From Veleropilina oligotropha (Eukaryota): a DNA stretch of 64,000 nt. Shown in pieces: positions 63,124-64,000 of this stretch (positions are counted from its first letter, which is position 1; the number at the start of each line of letters is the position of its first letter). The position numbers and the translations under genes are program-made. The notes below the pieces were generated by a model. The model was given only the letters and a program-made list of their open reading frames with translations, searched no databases and was not told the origin of the DNA. Location: the NCBI GenBank assembly GCA_048128005.1, contig JBEUKZ010000050.1, forward strand, positions 62,001 to 126,000, in the 5' to 3' direction.

Positions 63124-63867
63124 ATATATTTGTAGTAGGTTTGCAGTTGATACACAACCGGGAGGTTATGGTCGCAGGCCATCCAATTCAACACCGATGG
63201 TCAAGTTCTGCGCCTGGCCTCCTCATCCATTTATTCGACTGCAAATCTATTACAAATTTTGTGGTGCACTAGCACCTTTTAATATTTGTGACACTTTGGT
63301 CACATTGTTAGTGACACTAGTCACATTTTGTAAACTGTGTCACTTTGGGCACAGTTTTGGCTTATGCCTTTGTTGGGCCGTCATGCCTATTTGTATATAT
63401 ATATTTTGTTTGTGGCACTTTGGTCACATTTTGTATATATATTGATTGTGGCTTATGCCATTTATTTATTTGTGTCACTTTGGGCACATTTTTGGCTTAT
63501 GCCTTGGTTGGGCCGTCATGCCCATTTGTATATATATATTTTGTGTGTGGCACTTTGGTCACATTTTTGTCGGGCCGTTATGCCTATTTGTATATTTTAT
63601 TTGTGATATTCTGATCACATTTTTGGCTTTTGCCTTTTATTGTATTTTAGATCAGAATATATGTTATAATATGTTTGTTTTGAAGCAACGTTTTAGTTGC
63701 TTATTAGGCCAGTTAGGCCTATCTGTCTGTCAAGTAGGCACTATGTGCCGTTAATGCGATACACTGGTCAAATTTACCAGTGTATCGATATTACCCTTTC
63801 GGCCCTATGACATCGGGGACTTAGCTCCCCGGTGAGATCAAAAAAAAAAAAAAAAAAAAGATAGATA

Positions 63868-64000
63868 GACACCTCGCCGGACGTGTTTTGCAACGCTCCC
63901 GGCCATATTTATACTATAACTTTATTTTCAGCCTTACAACTCTAGTTTTCAGTTGTAAGGTTGAATAAAGCACTCTACTTAACAACCGCTAGGTTGATTT
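63868..64000 (+). mobile_element. 5' end of a second tandem Tx1 copy
   Basis: After (GATA)2, matches 57142 onward with two substitutions seen. Confidence 0.95.

Larger units (their letters stand above)
57142..63859 (+). mobile_element. Full-length Tx1-clade (L1 group) non-LTR retrotransposon
   Basis: Preceded by (GATA)7 at 57114-57141; 5' UTR, two intact ORFs, ~715-nt 3' UTR and a 20-A tail at 63840-63859. Confidence 0.93.

Overview
Non-genic, transposon-saturated window from an AT-rich eukaryote with spliceosomal introns; the TE families suggest a marine invertebrate (inference). No host housekeeping gene is recognisable. Main contents: (1) a three-level nest, with a CR1-like LINE split by a 15.9-kb Mutator element (402-16325, 9-bp TSD) whose transposase is split in-frame by an 8.0-kb AcademX transposon (4981-12944, 3-bp TSD, transposase-XPG-CXC protein). 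(2) About 16 copies of a 470-700-bp unit in head-to-tail arrays (18547-22260, 32969-37140, 43408-45019). The unit looks like satellite DNA but behaves as a precise, TSD-less, TA(A/T)TA-targeting, Helentron-like rolling-circle element, and two near-identical copies bracket a 10.7-kb cargo that appears circularly permuted and carries a small ParB/Srx-like ORF. (3) Decayed Gypsy elements, two with 5' LTRs apparently cut by that unit 36 nt from the TG end and one with about 12 Gag zinc knuckles. (4) Many MITEs with diagnostic TSDs. (5) A GC-rich Polinton/virus-like fragment (54488-57118). (6) An intact Tx1-clade LINE followed head-to-tail by a second copy, both preceded by (GATA)n. Nearly all coding TE fragments face the + strand. 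Family assignments come from motif recognition only; no database searches were run.
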